This document shows, piece after piece, positions 50,084 to 60,731 of a stretch of DNA of 64,000 nucleotides; the stretch's first letter is position 1; every line of letters starts with the position of its first letter. The translations under genes and the position numbers were made by a program. The DNA is taken from NCBI GenBank assembly GCA_019429005.1, contig JAHYJR010000001.1, positions 168,663 to 232,662 of the forward strand, in the 5' to 3' direction. The stretch is from Nanobdellati archaeon (GTDB taxonomy: Archaea; EX4484-52; GLR71). A model generated the notes under the pieces. That model saw only the letters and a list, made by a program, of their open reading frames with translations, was not told where the DNA came from and ran no database searches.

Positions 50084-51343
50084 ATGTTAAACAATACAAA
50101 TAATTCCCTTTGCAATGATGCTAAATCGCAGCTTGAAGCTGCATATACTTACATTAATGTAAAAGCTAATATAAAAAACATTTTGTCAGTACCAAAAGAA
50201 AGTCTTGAGGTATCAATACCTGTAAAGATGGATTCTGGTGATGTTAAAATCTTTAAAGGTTATCGTGTTCATTATGATAATTCACGTGGACCTTATAAAG
50301 GTGGAATTAGGTTTCATCCTGGTGTGTCTTTAGATGAAGTCACTGCACTTTCTTTTTGGATGACATTCAAATGTGCTGTTGTAAATATACCCTTTGGTGG
50401 CGGTAAAGGTGGCGTTATTGTTGATACTAAATCGCTTTCAAAAGGCGAAATTGAACGATTAAGTCGTGGCTATATTACTGCAGTTTCAGATTTTATTGGT
50501 CCCGATAAAGATATACCTGCACCTGATGTCTATACAAATCCGCAAATAATGGCATGGATGGCAGATCAATATGGTATACTTAAAGGTGTACCTACGCCTG
50601 CAATAATAACAGGTAAACCTATTGAATTTGGAGGTTCCATTGGTCGCTCTGACGCAACAAGTCAAGGTGGCCTTTATGTTATAGATAGTGCTGTTAAAGT
50701 TCTAGGTTTGGATAAGAATAAGCTTACTGTTGCGGTCCAAGGTTTTGGTAATGCAGGTTATAATATTGCAAAACTGATGTATAATTCAGGATATAATGTT
50801 GTTGCTGTGAGTGATTCAAATGGTGGTATTTATTCAGATAAATGGTTTAATCCAGAACAGATAATGGATATAAAAAATTTATCTGGAAGTGTTACTGCTG
50901 CTGCAATTGGCGATATTAAAAAGATAACGAATGAAGAACTTCTTGAACTTGATGTTGATATACTTATTCCTTCTGCCTTAGAGGCACAAATAACAAAAGA
51001 TAATGCAAATAATATCAAGGCAAAGATTATACTTGAGCTTGCAAATGGTCCAATAACGCATGAGGCTGATAAGATTCTTGATAAGAAAGGCATTTTTGTT
51101 ATACCTGATATTTTAGCAAATGCTGGTGGTGTGACTGTAAGTTATTTTGAATGGGTTCAGAATCGAACAGGTTATTATTGGGATATTGATACTGTGCATA
51201 AGAGGCTTGAAAAAATAATGGTTGCATCATTCAATGATATTTATTCTAATTGTAATAAACATGATATCAGTTTAAGGACTGCGGCGTATGTACTTGCTCT
51301 TGAGCGTATAACAAAAGCAATTGATGCTAGAATGCATGTTTAA
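50084..51343 (+). CDS. gdhA: Glutamate dehydrogenase
   Basis: RGPYKGGIRFHP, GGGKGG, DIPAPD, QGFGNAG, ANAGGVTVSYFEW. Confidence 0.95.
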   Translation: MLNNTNNSLCNDAKSQLEAAYTYINVKANIKNILSVPKESLEVSIPVKMDSGDVKIFKGYRVHYDNSRGPYKGGIRFHPGVSLDEVTALSFWMTFKCAVVNIPFGGGKGGVIVDTKSLSKGEIERLSRGYITAVSDFIGPDKDIPAPDVYTNPQIMAWMADQYGILKGVPTPAIITGKPIEFGGSIGRSDATSQGGLYVIDSAVKVLGLDKNKLTVAVQGFGNAGYNIAKLMYNSGYNVVAVSDSNGGIYSDKWFNPEQIMDIKNLSGSVTAAAIGDIKKITNEELLELDVDILIPSALEAQITKDNANNIKAKIILELANGPITHEADKILDKKGIFVIPDILANAGGVTVSYFEWVQNRTGYYWDIDTVHKRLEKIMVASFNDIYSNCNKHDISLRTAAYVLALERITKAIDARMHV

Positions 51344-51352
51344 GTCTTGTTT

Positions 51353-51375
51353 AGGGTTTTTAAAACCCTTTTTTT
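51353..51375 (+). terminator. Hairpin + poly-T terminator after gdh
   Basis: AGGGTTTT-T-AAAACCCT followed by a T run. Confidence 0.6.
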
Positions 51376-51425
51376 CTTTATTGTAAAATCTTATTATTTA
51401 TAAAATTGAAATACGAATATAACTT

Positions 51426-52031
51426 ATGATTAAAGCAATCATATTTGATTTTGATGGTGTTATCCATGACACTTTTGAGTTTCATAGGTCTAAGCTAAAA
51501 GCATTTACGGGCAATGATATCTCTGAAAAGAATTATAAGGATATTCATGATGGTAATTTTTATGATTCTAAATGTGATGTGCTTTTAGATACAGATTGGG
51601 CTGGTTATATAACGTTCATACATCCTGAACAGTCAACAATGAAGATAACAGATGAGATTCGTCAAGTCTTAATCGAATTAAACCAAAAATATGAATTGTT
51701 TATAATCTCATCTGGTTCTGCTAAAAATATTTCAGATTATCTAGGTAACAACGGTATCTCAAATATATTTACAGAGGTTCTAGGTTTTGAAAATCATAGA
51801 TCCAAAATCAACAAATTTAAAATGTTATTTGATACGCATGGGTTGTGTCATGATAACTGTATATTCATAACAGATACTTTAGGCGATATACTTGAAGCTA
51901 ACAAGGTTGGTGTTGAGACGGTTGCAGTTGATTTCGGGTTTCATAGTCGTGAACGGTTAGAGAAAGGCAATCCCTATAGGATAATTTCTAGATTTAGTGA
52001 ATTAGGACCTATTGTTGATGCTGGTTTTTGA
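51426..52031 (+). CDS. HAD-superfamily hydrolase
   Basis: FDFDGVIHDT, ISS, K, TDTLGD motifs. Confidence 0.9.
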   Translation: MIKAIIFDFDGVIHDTFEFHRSKLKAFTGNDISEKNYKDIHDGNFYDSKCDVLLDTDWAGYITFIHPEQSTMKITDEIRQVLIELNQKYELFIISSGSAKNISDYLGNNGISNIFTEVLGFENHRSKINKFKMLFDTHGLCHDNCIFITDTLGDILEANKVGVETVAVDFGFHSRERLEKGNPYRIISRFSELGPIVDAGF

Positions 52032-52146
52032 TGTTTGGATATTAATTAAATCCTATTTTTTAATAATAATATTAATTCTGTTTTCCCTTATAATATATAA
52101 TATCTTAAATCAAAATTAACTTATCAATTAAACTTTGTGATTAAAA

Positions 52147-52386
52147 ATGATTGAAATTATCGGTATCTTGGGCATGTTTCTTATACTTAGCGCATTTTTA
52201 TTAGATGAGCTTAACACAAAAATAGACAGGGATTCGGTCTTATATAATGTTATAAACTGTGTCGGTGCTGCGTTTTTGACATATTACGCATATAGTATAA
52301 ACAGTATACCTTTTATTGTGCTTAACGTTATCTGGTTTGCTGTAGCCTTAATAAAACTGATAGGGATTGAAAAAAAGAGATTATAA
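52147..52386 (+). CDS. Small 3-TM membrane protein (CBU_0592-like)
   Basis: IGILGMFLILSAF, YNVINCVGA, PFIVLNVIW. Confidence 0.75.
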   Translation: MIEIIGILGMFLILSAFLLDELNTKIDRDSVLYNVINCVGAAFLTYYAYSINSIPFIVLNVIWFAVALIKLIGIEKKRL

Positions 52387-55260
52387 AATCTCAATCCCTG
52401 GTTTTCCAGGTTCAGCTCGTTTTGCTTTGTCTGATTTGGATTTATCTGAATTTTCTATTTGTATATTGCATTTCAATTCAGCTTCTAAAACCTTTTTCGC
52501 TTCATTAAGTATGTTTATTTCATTTTCTTGAGTCAATTCATATTTTTGTAATGAATGTATCTCTTTTGTAAGGTTTGAGATATATTTGACTGTTAAATCT
52601 CCTTGTTTTCTAGCTTCAACATTTTTCATTACAATTGGTATTAATCCCTTTGCATTATTTTTATTGTCAAAGACTAAATCTCTAACCGTAAATTTCCATA
52701 ACGGGCTGATGTATATGTTTATTTGTTTAGTTTCAATTCTAACTTGTTTTTTTATATTATGAATATCTTCTATAACAGTATCAACAAAATCCATCATATC
52801 TATTGATTTTGTATCTATCTTTTTGTTTTTTGTTTTAGGCCATTCTGCTTTTGCTACAAAACCCTTATTTTGATAGATTTCAAAAAGTTCTTCACAAATA
52901 TGTGGTATTATAGGAGATAATGTTATAATCCATGTGTTAATGATTTCATTTAGTATTTGTTTTTCATCATCATTTGCACGTTTTTCAAATGCCGAAATTA
53001 GATTATATATATCAAAAATAATTATTTGTGCATATTTTTGTAAATCAAAAGATTCAATATTTGATTCTGCATCAATTATTTTTTGTGTAAACCGTGATAC
53101 TAACGCTTTCACATTTGTAGTTTGCTTAATTTTCACATTATTATTATTATTATTATAATATTTTTGTATCAGACTTGTAATTTTATCAATATGTTTTTGT
53201 GTTTTTTCAACTTCAATTTCTCTCCAATCAACAGAAGATGCAAATCCTGCTGATGTTAAAATATATAATCTGAAGACATCAGCACTATATTTCCTTATTG
53301 TTTTTATCAATGGAAGTACATTACCTTTTGATTTACCCATTTTTGAACCTTCAACAGTTACAGGTTCCAGTAATGTTATTGTTTTTGGCCATTTGTTTTT
53401 TGGGAAAATTGCAGTATGATGGAATATAAAAAAACTAAGATGGTTTGATATGTGCATAATTGCAGTATGTCTATGGTCTAGAGGATACCAATAATTGAAT
53501 TCATCTTGCATCTCTTTTAATATTGTTTCATTAATACCTGTTTTTTTAGAAACCTCTTTTATTGCACCTTTGTTAAGAAACACATAATCGAATAATTCAA
53601 TATTTAATTTATCTGAAGGTATCTTGTTCTCTTTAATTTTATTTATTATTGTATAAAATGCCATATATATTGTAGAATCACTTAAAGCTTCAATTATCCA
53701 GTTTGTATCAAACGGTAATTTTGTTCCAAGACCTCTTTTTCTAGCAGTAGGTCTTTTATCAAGCCAATTAAATACATTTTCAAAAAATGTCCGATATTTT
53801 GAAGGCGTAATATTCATATTATTCAAGCAGTCAAACGCATCTTTTTTCCAAGTACCTTGATTGAAATTTAAGAACCATTGATCATCAAGAATATGTACTA
53901 TGACATCACCACCGCATCTGCATTTAATAGTGGGTGTGATAGGTCTGTAAAATTTATCAATTTTATTAGTTTTATTGAGTTTTTCTATAACTTTCTCTTT
54001 TGCATCTGCGACTTTTAGACCTTTGAAATCTTCACATTTATCATTTAATATTCCTTTATAGAATTCGTCTTTGTATATTTTTTCAGTTGCAAGTTTTAAT
54101 TTATCAGAATTTTGATTTTTTATCTCAAATTGTTCAATCGCTTCTTTTGCAGGAAAATCTGTATATCCTTCAAGATTTATAATTTGTATAATTTTTATGT
54201 TATCAATATCTTCTTTTTTAAATCCATATTGTTTTTGTGTTTTAACATCTTTCTTAAAATCCATTAATGCAATATAATCAAATGGTGCATGAGCTGGTAC
54301 TGAATAGACAACTCCCGTTGCATTGTCATCATCAACAAATGTTGCTGGAAGTATTATGATATCTCGATTATTTATTGGCGTTTTGCATTTATCTCCAATA
54401 AGTTCTTTACCTTTGAATTCTTCAAGAATTTTAACGGTTTTATCTTGATATTCTAGTTTAGATGCTGCTTTTTTGCTTATGTACCAAATGTCATCATTTA
54501 TTTTGACTTTTACATAAGTAGCTTGCGGATTAATCCAGATATTTGTAACACCATAAACAGTTTCTGGTCTTAATGTTGATGCAACAAGATATCCGTCTTT
54601 GTAAGGGTACTTTATGCAAGTATATTCCTGAATCGCCAAATCAATCTCATCACCACTTAAGATATCATCTTCACCAACAGCATTTTGATCATTTAAACAG
54701 AATAATATTGGATATTTTCCTTTTTCTAAATAATTTTTATCTTTAAGTTTATTGAATTGCCACGTTACAAAAGCATTGTATTCTGTATCTCCTGTTGTGA
54801 AACTCCGTCTCCAGTCAATACTTGTTCCAAGTTCATCAAAACCCGTTTTAAATGTTTTTGCAAAATAATTTACAATATTCCATGGTTCTTTAAAGCTTTC
54901 AACAATTTTTTTGACGTCATCTTTATTTTTTGTATCTAATGCAACATATTCTGTAAAACGCGTTTTTATTATTTTATCATTATTTTGTATTCCTCTTGAT
55001 ATTGCAAGAACGGGTGTTCCTGTTATATGGAATGCCATCGGGAATAAAACATTATAACCTTTAAGTCTTTTGTATCTTGCAAAGGCGTCACCACATGTAA
55101 AGGTTCTTCCATGACCTATGTGTTGTGGTCCATTTGTGTATGGATATGGCACGGTTATGAAATATTTTTTCTGGTTGAAGATAGGGTTTGCTTCAAAAAC
55201 TTTTTCTTTTGCCCATTTATCTTGCCATTTTTTTTCAATTTTTTTAAAATCCATACTCAT
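52381..55260 (-). CDS. leuS: Leucine--tRNA ligase (archaeal type)
   Basis: PYPYTNGPQHIGH, TLRPET, VPAHAPFD, KMGKSKGN, AEPGKPGI. Confidence 0.96.
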   Translation of the reverse strand: MSMDFKKIEKKWQDKWAKEKVFEANPIFNQKKYFITVPYPYTNGPQHIGHGRTFTCGDAFARYKRLKGYNVLFPMAFHITGTPVLAISRGIQNNDKIIKTRFTEYVALDTKNKDDVKKIVESFKEPWNIVNYFAKTFKTGFDELGTSIDWRRSFTTGDTEYNAFVTWQFNKLKDKNYLEKGKYPILFCLNDQNAVGEDDILSGDEIDLAIQEYTCIKYPYKDGYLVASTLRPETVYGVTNIWINPQATYVKVKINDDIWYISKKAASKLEYQDKTVKILEEFKGKELIGDKCKTPINNRDIIILPATFVDDDNATGVVYSVPAHAPFDYIALMDFKKDVKTQKQYGFKKEDIDNIKIIQIINLEGYTDFPAKEAIEQFEIKNQNSDKLKLATEKIYKDEFYKGILNDKCEDFKGLKVADAKEKVIEKLNKTNKIDKFYRPITPTIKCRCGGDVIVHILDDQWFLNFNQGTWKKDAFDCLNNMNITPSKYRTFFENVFNWLDKRPTARKRGLGTKLPFDTNWIIEALSDSTIYMAFYTIINKIKENKIPSDKLNIELFDYVFLNKGAIKEVSKKTGINETILKEMQDEFNYWYPLDHRHTAIMHISNHLSFFIFHHTAIFPKNKWPKTITLLEPVTVEGSKMGKSKGNVLPLIKTIRKYSADVFRLYILTSAGFASSVDWREIEVEKTQKHIDKITSLIQKYYNNNNNNVKIKQTTNVKALVSRFTQKIIDAESNIESFDLQKYAQIIIFDIYNLISAFEKRANDDEKQILNEIINTWIITLSPIIPHICEELFEIYQNKGFVAKAEWPKTKNKKIDTKSIDMMDFVDTVIEDIHNIKKQVRIETKQINIYISPLWKFTVRDLVFDNKNNAKGLIPIVMKNVEARKQGDLTVKYISNLTKEIHSLQKYELTQENEINILNEAKKVLEAELKCNIQIENSDKSKSDKAKRAEPGKPGIEIL

Positions 55261-55368
55261 TTAAGACACCTTATGTTTGGTTTATCTATGGATATTTTTA
55301 AAATTATTGTTGTTGATGCTTAGAAATTGTTGAATATGTATTATTTAGGGCTAGGCGAGATTTTAGAT

Positions 55369-56211
55369 TTATAATCCGTATTTTTTATTGAATCTCGTAA
55401 TTTTTTGATTAAATCGTTCTGTTTCTTTATCATTTAACATTGTATGTATGGTTTCAAGCCTATCTTTTGCAGTTTCATATAATTTTAAATCTTGTTCCTG
55501 TTTTTTTTGCATATAGCCTAATTCCATTTCAAATCTACTTTTATCTACAGATTGTTTTAGTTCTTGTGAGGTTGGTGTGGTGTCGCCTATATAGTTATTT
55601 AAACTTGGTACTTTTTCAACTTGTTCAAGTTTATATTTAATAGCATTTATGTCATTTTTTTGTTTTTCAAGTGTATTTAATGTAATTTTTATTTCTCTTT
55701 CTACTCCATAGTGTGTGCTTTTTAATTGTTCTTCTTTTAGTTTTGGGTTATTTATGATTGTATCTAAATCACCAAGATAATTTTCTGCTGCTTTTTCTTT
55801 TTGTTCAAGTTCGGATTGATAAATCGCTTGCTTACTCTGTAGAGAATCTAGTCCGGCCTGAACTGCCTTTTTAGCGTAACAATCTACCGTTTTGTTTTTA
55901 TATTGTATACCCTGTTGATTTAGTTCTATATTATCTTGACGCTTCAATTTTTCATAACCTGATGTTGGCAGTTCTTGTTTTCCCGCATATTTTTCAGCTT
56001 TTTGAACTGTTTGATTGTATGAACTTTCAGCTTTTTGTAATTCAATAAGTGCACCATTAAAAGTTCTATTTGCTGTATTATTTTCTATAGATAACTCTTC
56101 AGCACGTTTTTTTTCATTATTAATTCCCAAAAAGCCTACCGAAACAATAATGGTTAAGGTTACAGAAACAATTTGCATAATTTCAACAAATACCAATTCA
56201 AGTGATGTCAT
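55369..56211 (-). CDS. Membrane-anchored coiled-coil hypothetical protein
   Basis: N-terminal TM, Q/E/K-rich heptads. Confidence 0.6.
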   Translation of the reverse strand: MTSLELVFVEIMQIVSVTLTIIVSVGFLGINNEKKRAEELSIENNTANRTFNGALIELQKAESSYNQTVQKAEKYAGKQELPTSGYEKLKRQDNIELNQQGIQYKNKTVDCYAKKAVQAGLDSLQSKQAIYQSELEQKEKAAENYLGDLDTIINNPKLKEEQLKSTHYGVEREIKITLNTLEKQKNDINAIKYKLEQVEKVPSLNNYIGDTTPTSQELKQSVDKSRFEMELGYMQKKQEQDLKLYETAKDRLETIHTMLNDKETERFNQKITRFNKKYGL

Positions 56212-56387
56212 AGAAAAATATTGTATTGTTTAGTATATATATTTTATTATAGTTTATCTAAAAGAATTCATCAGGTGCGGTTTAATCTTATATACTTTTA
56301 ATGTTAAATAATTTACATCAGTATTAGTTAAATATTTAAATCATAAGCGTACATTAATTTTATATTAATAAATCGGTGTTTTATTTT

Positions 56388-57161
56388 ATGGGTCGTGTAA
56401 TCTGTCTTGTATCGGGTAAAGGTGGTGTTGGAAAAACTACACTTGCGTCCAATATAGCTATGGCATTAAATAATTTTGGAAAAAATACAGTTGTCATTGA
56501 TACAAACCTTACAACACCAAATTTAGGTTTTCATCTTGGTGTACCACTTTATCCTAAAACCTTTCATGATGTTTTGAATGGTACAGCTACTTATGAAGAA
56601 GCAACTTATACACATCCTTCAGGTCTTAGAGTTATGCCTGCTGGAATATCTTTAAGAGATCTTAAAAATACAAATTTATCACAGATGGATAACGTTGTTC
56701 TCGATATTGCAGATAACCATGACATTGTAATTCTTGACGGTGCTGCAGGTCTTGGAAAAGAAGGTAAGGCGAGTTTAAGTGCAGCAGATGAAGCTCTTAT
56801 TGTAACAAATCCACAGCTTCCATCAGTTACAGATGCTCTTAAGACAATAAAAATCGCAGAAGAGCTTGGTACAAAAATACTTGGTGTGGCTTTAAATCGT
56901 TCAAAAAATCATCCTTCCGAATTATCACAAAATGAAGTTGAAGCACTTTTAGGTTATCCGGTTATTTCAATTATACCTGATGAGAATCATATTATAGACA
57001 GTCTTGCAGCAAAGACGCCTATTGTGGCATTCAAACCAAACACACGTTCAGCTCAAGAGATAAAGAAACTCGCTGCATGTTTAATCGGTATTGATTATGA
57101 CATCCCTGTTCAGAAAGAATATGGATTGTTTTCTAGAATTTTTGGTTTTCTTAAAGGTTAA
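56388..57161 (+). CDS. minD: Archaeal MinD/ParA-family ATPase
   Basis: SGKGGVGKTT, PNLGFHLG, DGAAGLG, SVTDALK. Confidence 0.9.
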   Translation: MGRVICLVSGKGGVGKTTLASNIAMALNNFGKNTVVIDTNLTTPNLGFHLGVPLYPKTFHDVLNGTATYEEATYTHPSGLRVMPAGISLRDLKNTNLSQMDNVVLDIADNHDIVILDGAAGLGKEGKASLSAADEALIVTNPQLPSVTDALKTIKIAEELGTKILGVALNRSKNHPSELSQNEVEALLGYPVISIIPDENHIIDSLAAKTPIVAFKPNTRSAQEIKKLAACLIGIDYDIPVQKEYGLFSRIFGFLKG

Positions 57162-57287
57162 GTTTTTAGTTTAACTTTTTTTTAAAACATTTTAGTTTTT
57201 GTATTATACTAAAACCTTATTTTCCTATGTTAGTTAATGCATTCAGTGCTAAAAATGCTGCAATAATTAATCCCGAAAACAATAATA

Positions 57288-57383
57288 GTAAAGAAACATT
57301 GCTAACTATATCAGTTTGTTATCACAAGTATTATAATAATGCCGATTAAGAGGTAAAGAAACATTGCTAAAGATATCAGTTTG
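57288..57383. repeat. 31-bp direct repeat pair (29/31 identical), period 65
   Basis: GTAAAGAAACATTGCTAA(CT/AG)ATATCAGTTTG at 57288 and 57353. Confidence 0.85.
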
Positions 57384-57549
57384 AGCGAAAAAATAACTAA
57401 GCACTAACATTATGCTTGACAAAGTTGTTAAAGACCAATTTTGAGATATAGACTCTTTAGACATAAGTTATAATGGTTTTTTTTTGTATAAATATTTGTT
57501 TATCAAAATTACACCCCACAAATTTAAACCTAAACAACCAATTTATCCT

Positions 57550-58566
57550 ATGCAAGACACAAATAAAGACCTTGAACGTTACACAAGACAGATGATACTT
57601 AAAGGCTTTTTTAAGAAAGATCAGCTAAAGCTTCAAGGATCAAAGGTTGTAATCATTGGTCTCGGTGCCTTAGGGTCTGTCGCGTCAGAACTTATACTGC
57701 GCGCAGGTGTGAAGAATCTAGTTCTTGTGGATAGGGATTTTGTCGAGCGTAGTAATCTGCAAAGACAACTATTATACGCAGAAAAGCATGTTGGTATGCC
57801 AAAGCCAAATGCTGCAAAAGAAGTCTTAAATCAAATTGATACATCTGCTAATATCTCCATATTCGTTACAGATATTAATTCCTCAAACATAGAATCCATC
57901 GTGAATAAATGTGATCTCATACTTGATTGTACAGATAATATGGAAACTCGTTTTTTGATAAATGATGTTAGCCTAAAACATAACATTCCATGGATTTATG
58001 CTGCAGCTGTGGGTTTTCAAGGAACAACATTTAATATTATACCAGGAAAAACAGCTTGTCTAAGATGTGTTTTCAGCAAAGTACCACAAGGTCTTGATAC
58101 ATGTGACACGGCAGGCATCCTTTCAACTGTATCTGTATCAATCTCAGCATTACAAGTCACAGAAGCACTAAAAATCCTCACACAAAAACAATTTTCAAAA
58201 GATATGATATATTACGATGTATGGAATCAAACATTTGAACATTCTAAACTATTGAAAAACAAATCCTGTCCAGCTTGTAATAATATTTATGAGTATCTTG
58301 ATAAAAAAGAACATTCAAAGACAATAACGTTATGTGGTCGTGGTGCTTACCAGATTATACCTAAGGATGCTATAAAATTAAATATAGAACTATTGGCTGA
58401 TAAGCTTTCAAGATTAGGTTCTGTAAAATCATTTAAACCACATCTGATACATTTTAAATTAGAAGATAAAGCCCTCTCTATTTTTTCAGATGGTCGTGCA
58501 ATAATAAAAGGTGCAAAAAGTATTTCAGATGCTCGAAGTCTTTATTCTAGGTTTGTTGGCAATTAA
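57550..58566 (+). CDS. ThiF/MoeB-family E1-like adenylyltransferase with C-terminal domain
   Basis: RYTRQ, GLGALGS, DRDFVERSNLQRQ, DCTDN, CLRC, TCDTAG, CPAC, LCGR. Confidence 0.92.
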   Translation: MQDTNKDLERYTRQMILKGFFKKDQLKLQGSKVVIIGLGALGSVASELILRAGVKNLVLVDRDFVERSNLQRQLLYAEKHVGMPKPNAAKEVLNQIDTSANISIFVTDINSSNIESIVNKCDLILDCTDNMETRFLINDVSLKHNIPWIYAAAVGFQGTTFNIIPGKTACLRCVFSKVPQGLDTCDTAGILSTVSVSISALQVTEALKILTQKQFSKDMIYYDVWNQTFEHSKLLKNKSCPACNNIYEYLDKKEHSKTITLCGRGAYQIIPKDAIKLNIELLADKLSRLGSVKSFKPHLIHFKLEDKALSIFSDGRAIIKGAKSISDARSLYSRFVGN

Positions 58567-58613
58567 AATCAATATAGCTATAATTTATAAAATTATAATC
58601 TTAATTCACTTCC

Positions 58614-59291
58614 ATGGCAAAAGAATTATCAAAAGTATCTAAAAATAAATCCGTTAAGTTAGTGTCATTAATATCGGGCGGTATTGATTCGCCGGTTGCA
58701 ACCCACCTTATGCTTAAAAAAGGTGTTGACTTAGTTTTTGTACATATGGATAACAGACCGTTTATAGATGATAGGCCTTTGAATAAAGTAATGTCTTTAC
58801 TTGAGCATCTTGCAAAATTACATAAAAAAGATTTGAAGTTATATGTTGTACCTCATGGTCCAAATCAGTCTTTGTTTGCATCTTCATGTGATCGAAAACT
58901 TACCTGTGTTCTTTGCAGGCGTATGATGTATCGTGTTGGAGAAAATGTTGCTAAATTAGAGAATGCTGATGCGATTTTAACAGGTGAAAGTTTAGGTCAA
59001 GTTGCAAGTCAAACGCTTGATAATCTATTTGTTGAGAAACAAAGTATCGCTACAAGGGTTTTAAGTCCATTAATTGGTTTTGATAAGGAAGAGACAATAA
59101 AAATCGCAAAAGAGATTGGCACATATGAAATATCTATACTTCCTGGAGAATGTTGTAGTCTTACACCGCTTTATCCTGAAACTCATGCAAATTTGAAATA
59201 TGTAGAATCTGAGGAATCTAATATTGATATAACATCTTTACTTGATGAATCTGTTAGTAACGCAAAGATTATTACAATCAAGTTTAAGTGA
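58614..59291 (+). CDS. thiI: ThiI-like tRNA sulfurtransferase, PP-loop domain only
   Basis: SGGIDSPVA, CVLCRR, TGESLGQVASQT, PLIGFDKEE, ECC; no THUMP domain. Confidence 0.85.
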   Translation: MAKELSKVSKNKSVKLVSLISGGIDSPVATHLMLKKGVDLVFVHMDNRPFIDDRPLNKVMSLLEHLAKLHKKDLKLYVVPHGPNQSLFASSCDRKLTCVLCRRMMYRVGENVAKLENADAILTGESLGQVASQTLDNLFVEKQSIATRVLSPLIGFDKEETIKIAKEIGTYEISILPGECCSLTPLYPETHANLKYVESEESNIDITSLLDESVSNAKIITIKFK

Positions 59292-59330
59292 TTGTTATAA
59301 TTATTATTTGATGAATGTGTGTTGGGTTAT

Positions 59331-60731
59331 ATGGGTTCTAAAACAAAAAATCAAAAATACCTTAAACCAAAATCAAACACATCCTTAAATCTAAACTGGA
59401 ATCATCTGAGTTATCTTATTTTTATCATATCAACACTATTTTTTATTATCCAACGGTATATGGGTCCTCAATGGGATTTTCTTGTATATGTTTCAAATGC
59501 AAAATACCTTTTTGATGGAGGAACTTATTTTGAATGGTGTCGTTCGCCAATGATCTCTGTGATTATGTATCTTTTAAGTTTCGTCGGTTGGACTTTATCA
59601 GAATATTTTTATCTTATATTTGTATCTATTTTATTTTTTGTTGCGACTGGAAAATTTGCAGAAAAATGGAATCTAGATAAAAACCTATTTTATCCTTTAT
59701 CAATGTCATTTTTTGTCTTATTTTTTGGTGCTTCAAACGGTACCGAAATATTATCTGTATCTTTTCTATTACTCTTTTTTGCATACATTGAAACAATTTT
59801 AGCAGGAGGTTTTATAGCATTAGCATTTTTATCCAGATACACTGTGATAACTTTAGTACCATTTTTGTTGTTGCAACGAAATATCAAAAAGATATTCTTA
59901 TCATCTCTGTTATTTTTATTGATTTTATCGCCATGGTTTTTGTATAATTTTTATATGACTGGAAATCCTTTAATGAGCGTTATTGATTCTTATTCTCTGA
60001 ATGTTAAGTATCGTCTTGAATACATGATGCATCCTCAAAACATCAATCATTTTGTGCAAGTTGTAGGTTTATTGGCGCCCCTTTTTATTATGGGTCTTTA
60101 TAAATCATTTAGATCTTTAATCTCAAAAGCATCATCTTTTAAAGATATTATTGTCTCTGGATTGAAAAATGTTTATTATAGGGATGCGGTTATGTTTATC
60201 TTCTTTATTATGACAGTATATTACTATCTTGGCACACCATTTAAAGTCGAAAGATATCTTTTTAATCTGATAATACCTGTGACTTATTTTTCAGTTAGGT
60301 ATTTATCTTCATTTGATTCAAATAAAATAAAATTATTTTTATACCCTATTGTTACATTAAATTTAATTGTAGCATTATTAATTCTGTTTGTTACAATACC
60401 TTACACAACTCAATTTTTATCAGACGATTATTTAGATATTAAGGATTGTCGTCTAATATCAAATGCATGGGCTCCTTTAAATTATCGTGATTTTGTGTCA
60501 GAACCTGCTCCAAACCCGACAAAACTTTTAGAAAATATTGATAACGGTTACATGTTCCTATATTTTAAATCAATTGGTGAACCGGAATATATGTTAGATT
60601 CAAATTATACAAAACAGTTACCTATAATACGCGAAGCTGACAAATATATAATATTTGGCACAGGTGTTTGTTTGAATCGGCTCGATAAATATGAACATTT
60701 GTATCTAAGGTCAATTGGTGTATTACCATGA
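59331..60731 (+). CDS. Polytopic membrane glycosyltransferase (GT-C/PMT-like)
   Basis: WDFLVY in first loop, FEWCRSP, AFLSRY, FKVERYL; about 10 TMs. Confidence 0.7.
   Translation: MGSKTKNQKYLKPKSNTSLNLNWNHLSYLIFIISTLFFIIQRYMGPQWDFLVYVSNAKYLFDGGTYFEWCRSPMISVIMYLLSFVGWTLSEYFYLIFVSILFFVATGKFAEKWNLDKNLFYPLSMSFFVLFFGASNGTEILSVSFLLLFFAYIETILAGGFIALAFLSRYTVITLVPFLLLQRNIKKIFLSSLLFLLILSPWFLYNFYMTGNPLMSVIDSYSLNVKYRLEYMMHPQNINHFVQVVGLLAPLFIMGLYKSFRSLISKASSFKDIIVSGLKNVYYRDAVMFIFFIMTVYYYLGTPFKVERYLFNLIIPVTYFSVRYLSSFDSNKIKLFLYPIVTLNLIVALLILFVTIPYTTQFLSDDYLDIKDCRLISNAWAPLNYRDFVSEPAPNPTKLLENIDNGYMFLYFKSIGEPEYMLDSNYTKQLPIIREADKYIIFGTGVCLNRLDKYEHLYLRSIGVLP

Noticed and set aside
53137-53154. (ATT)6 microsatellite giving poly-Asn in LeuS
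   Set aside because: In-frame and short, expected in AT-rich DNA; no phase-variation effect.
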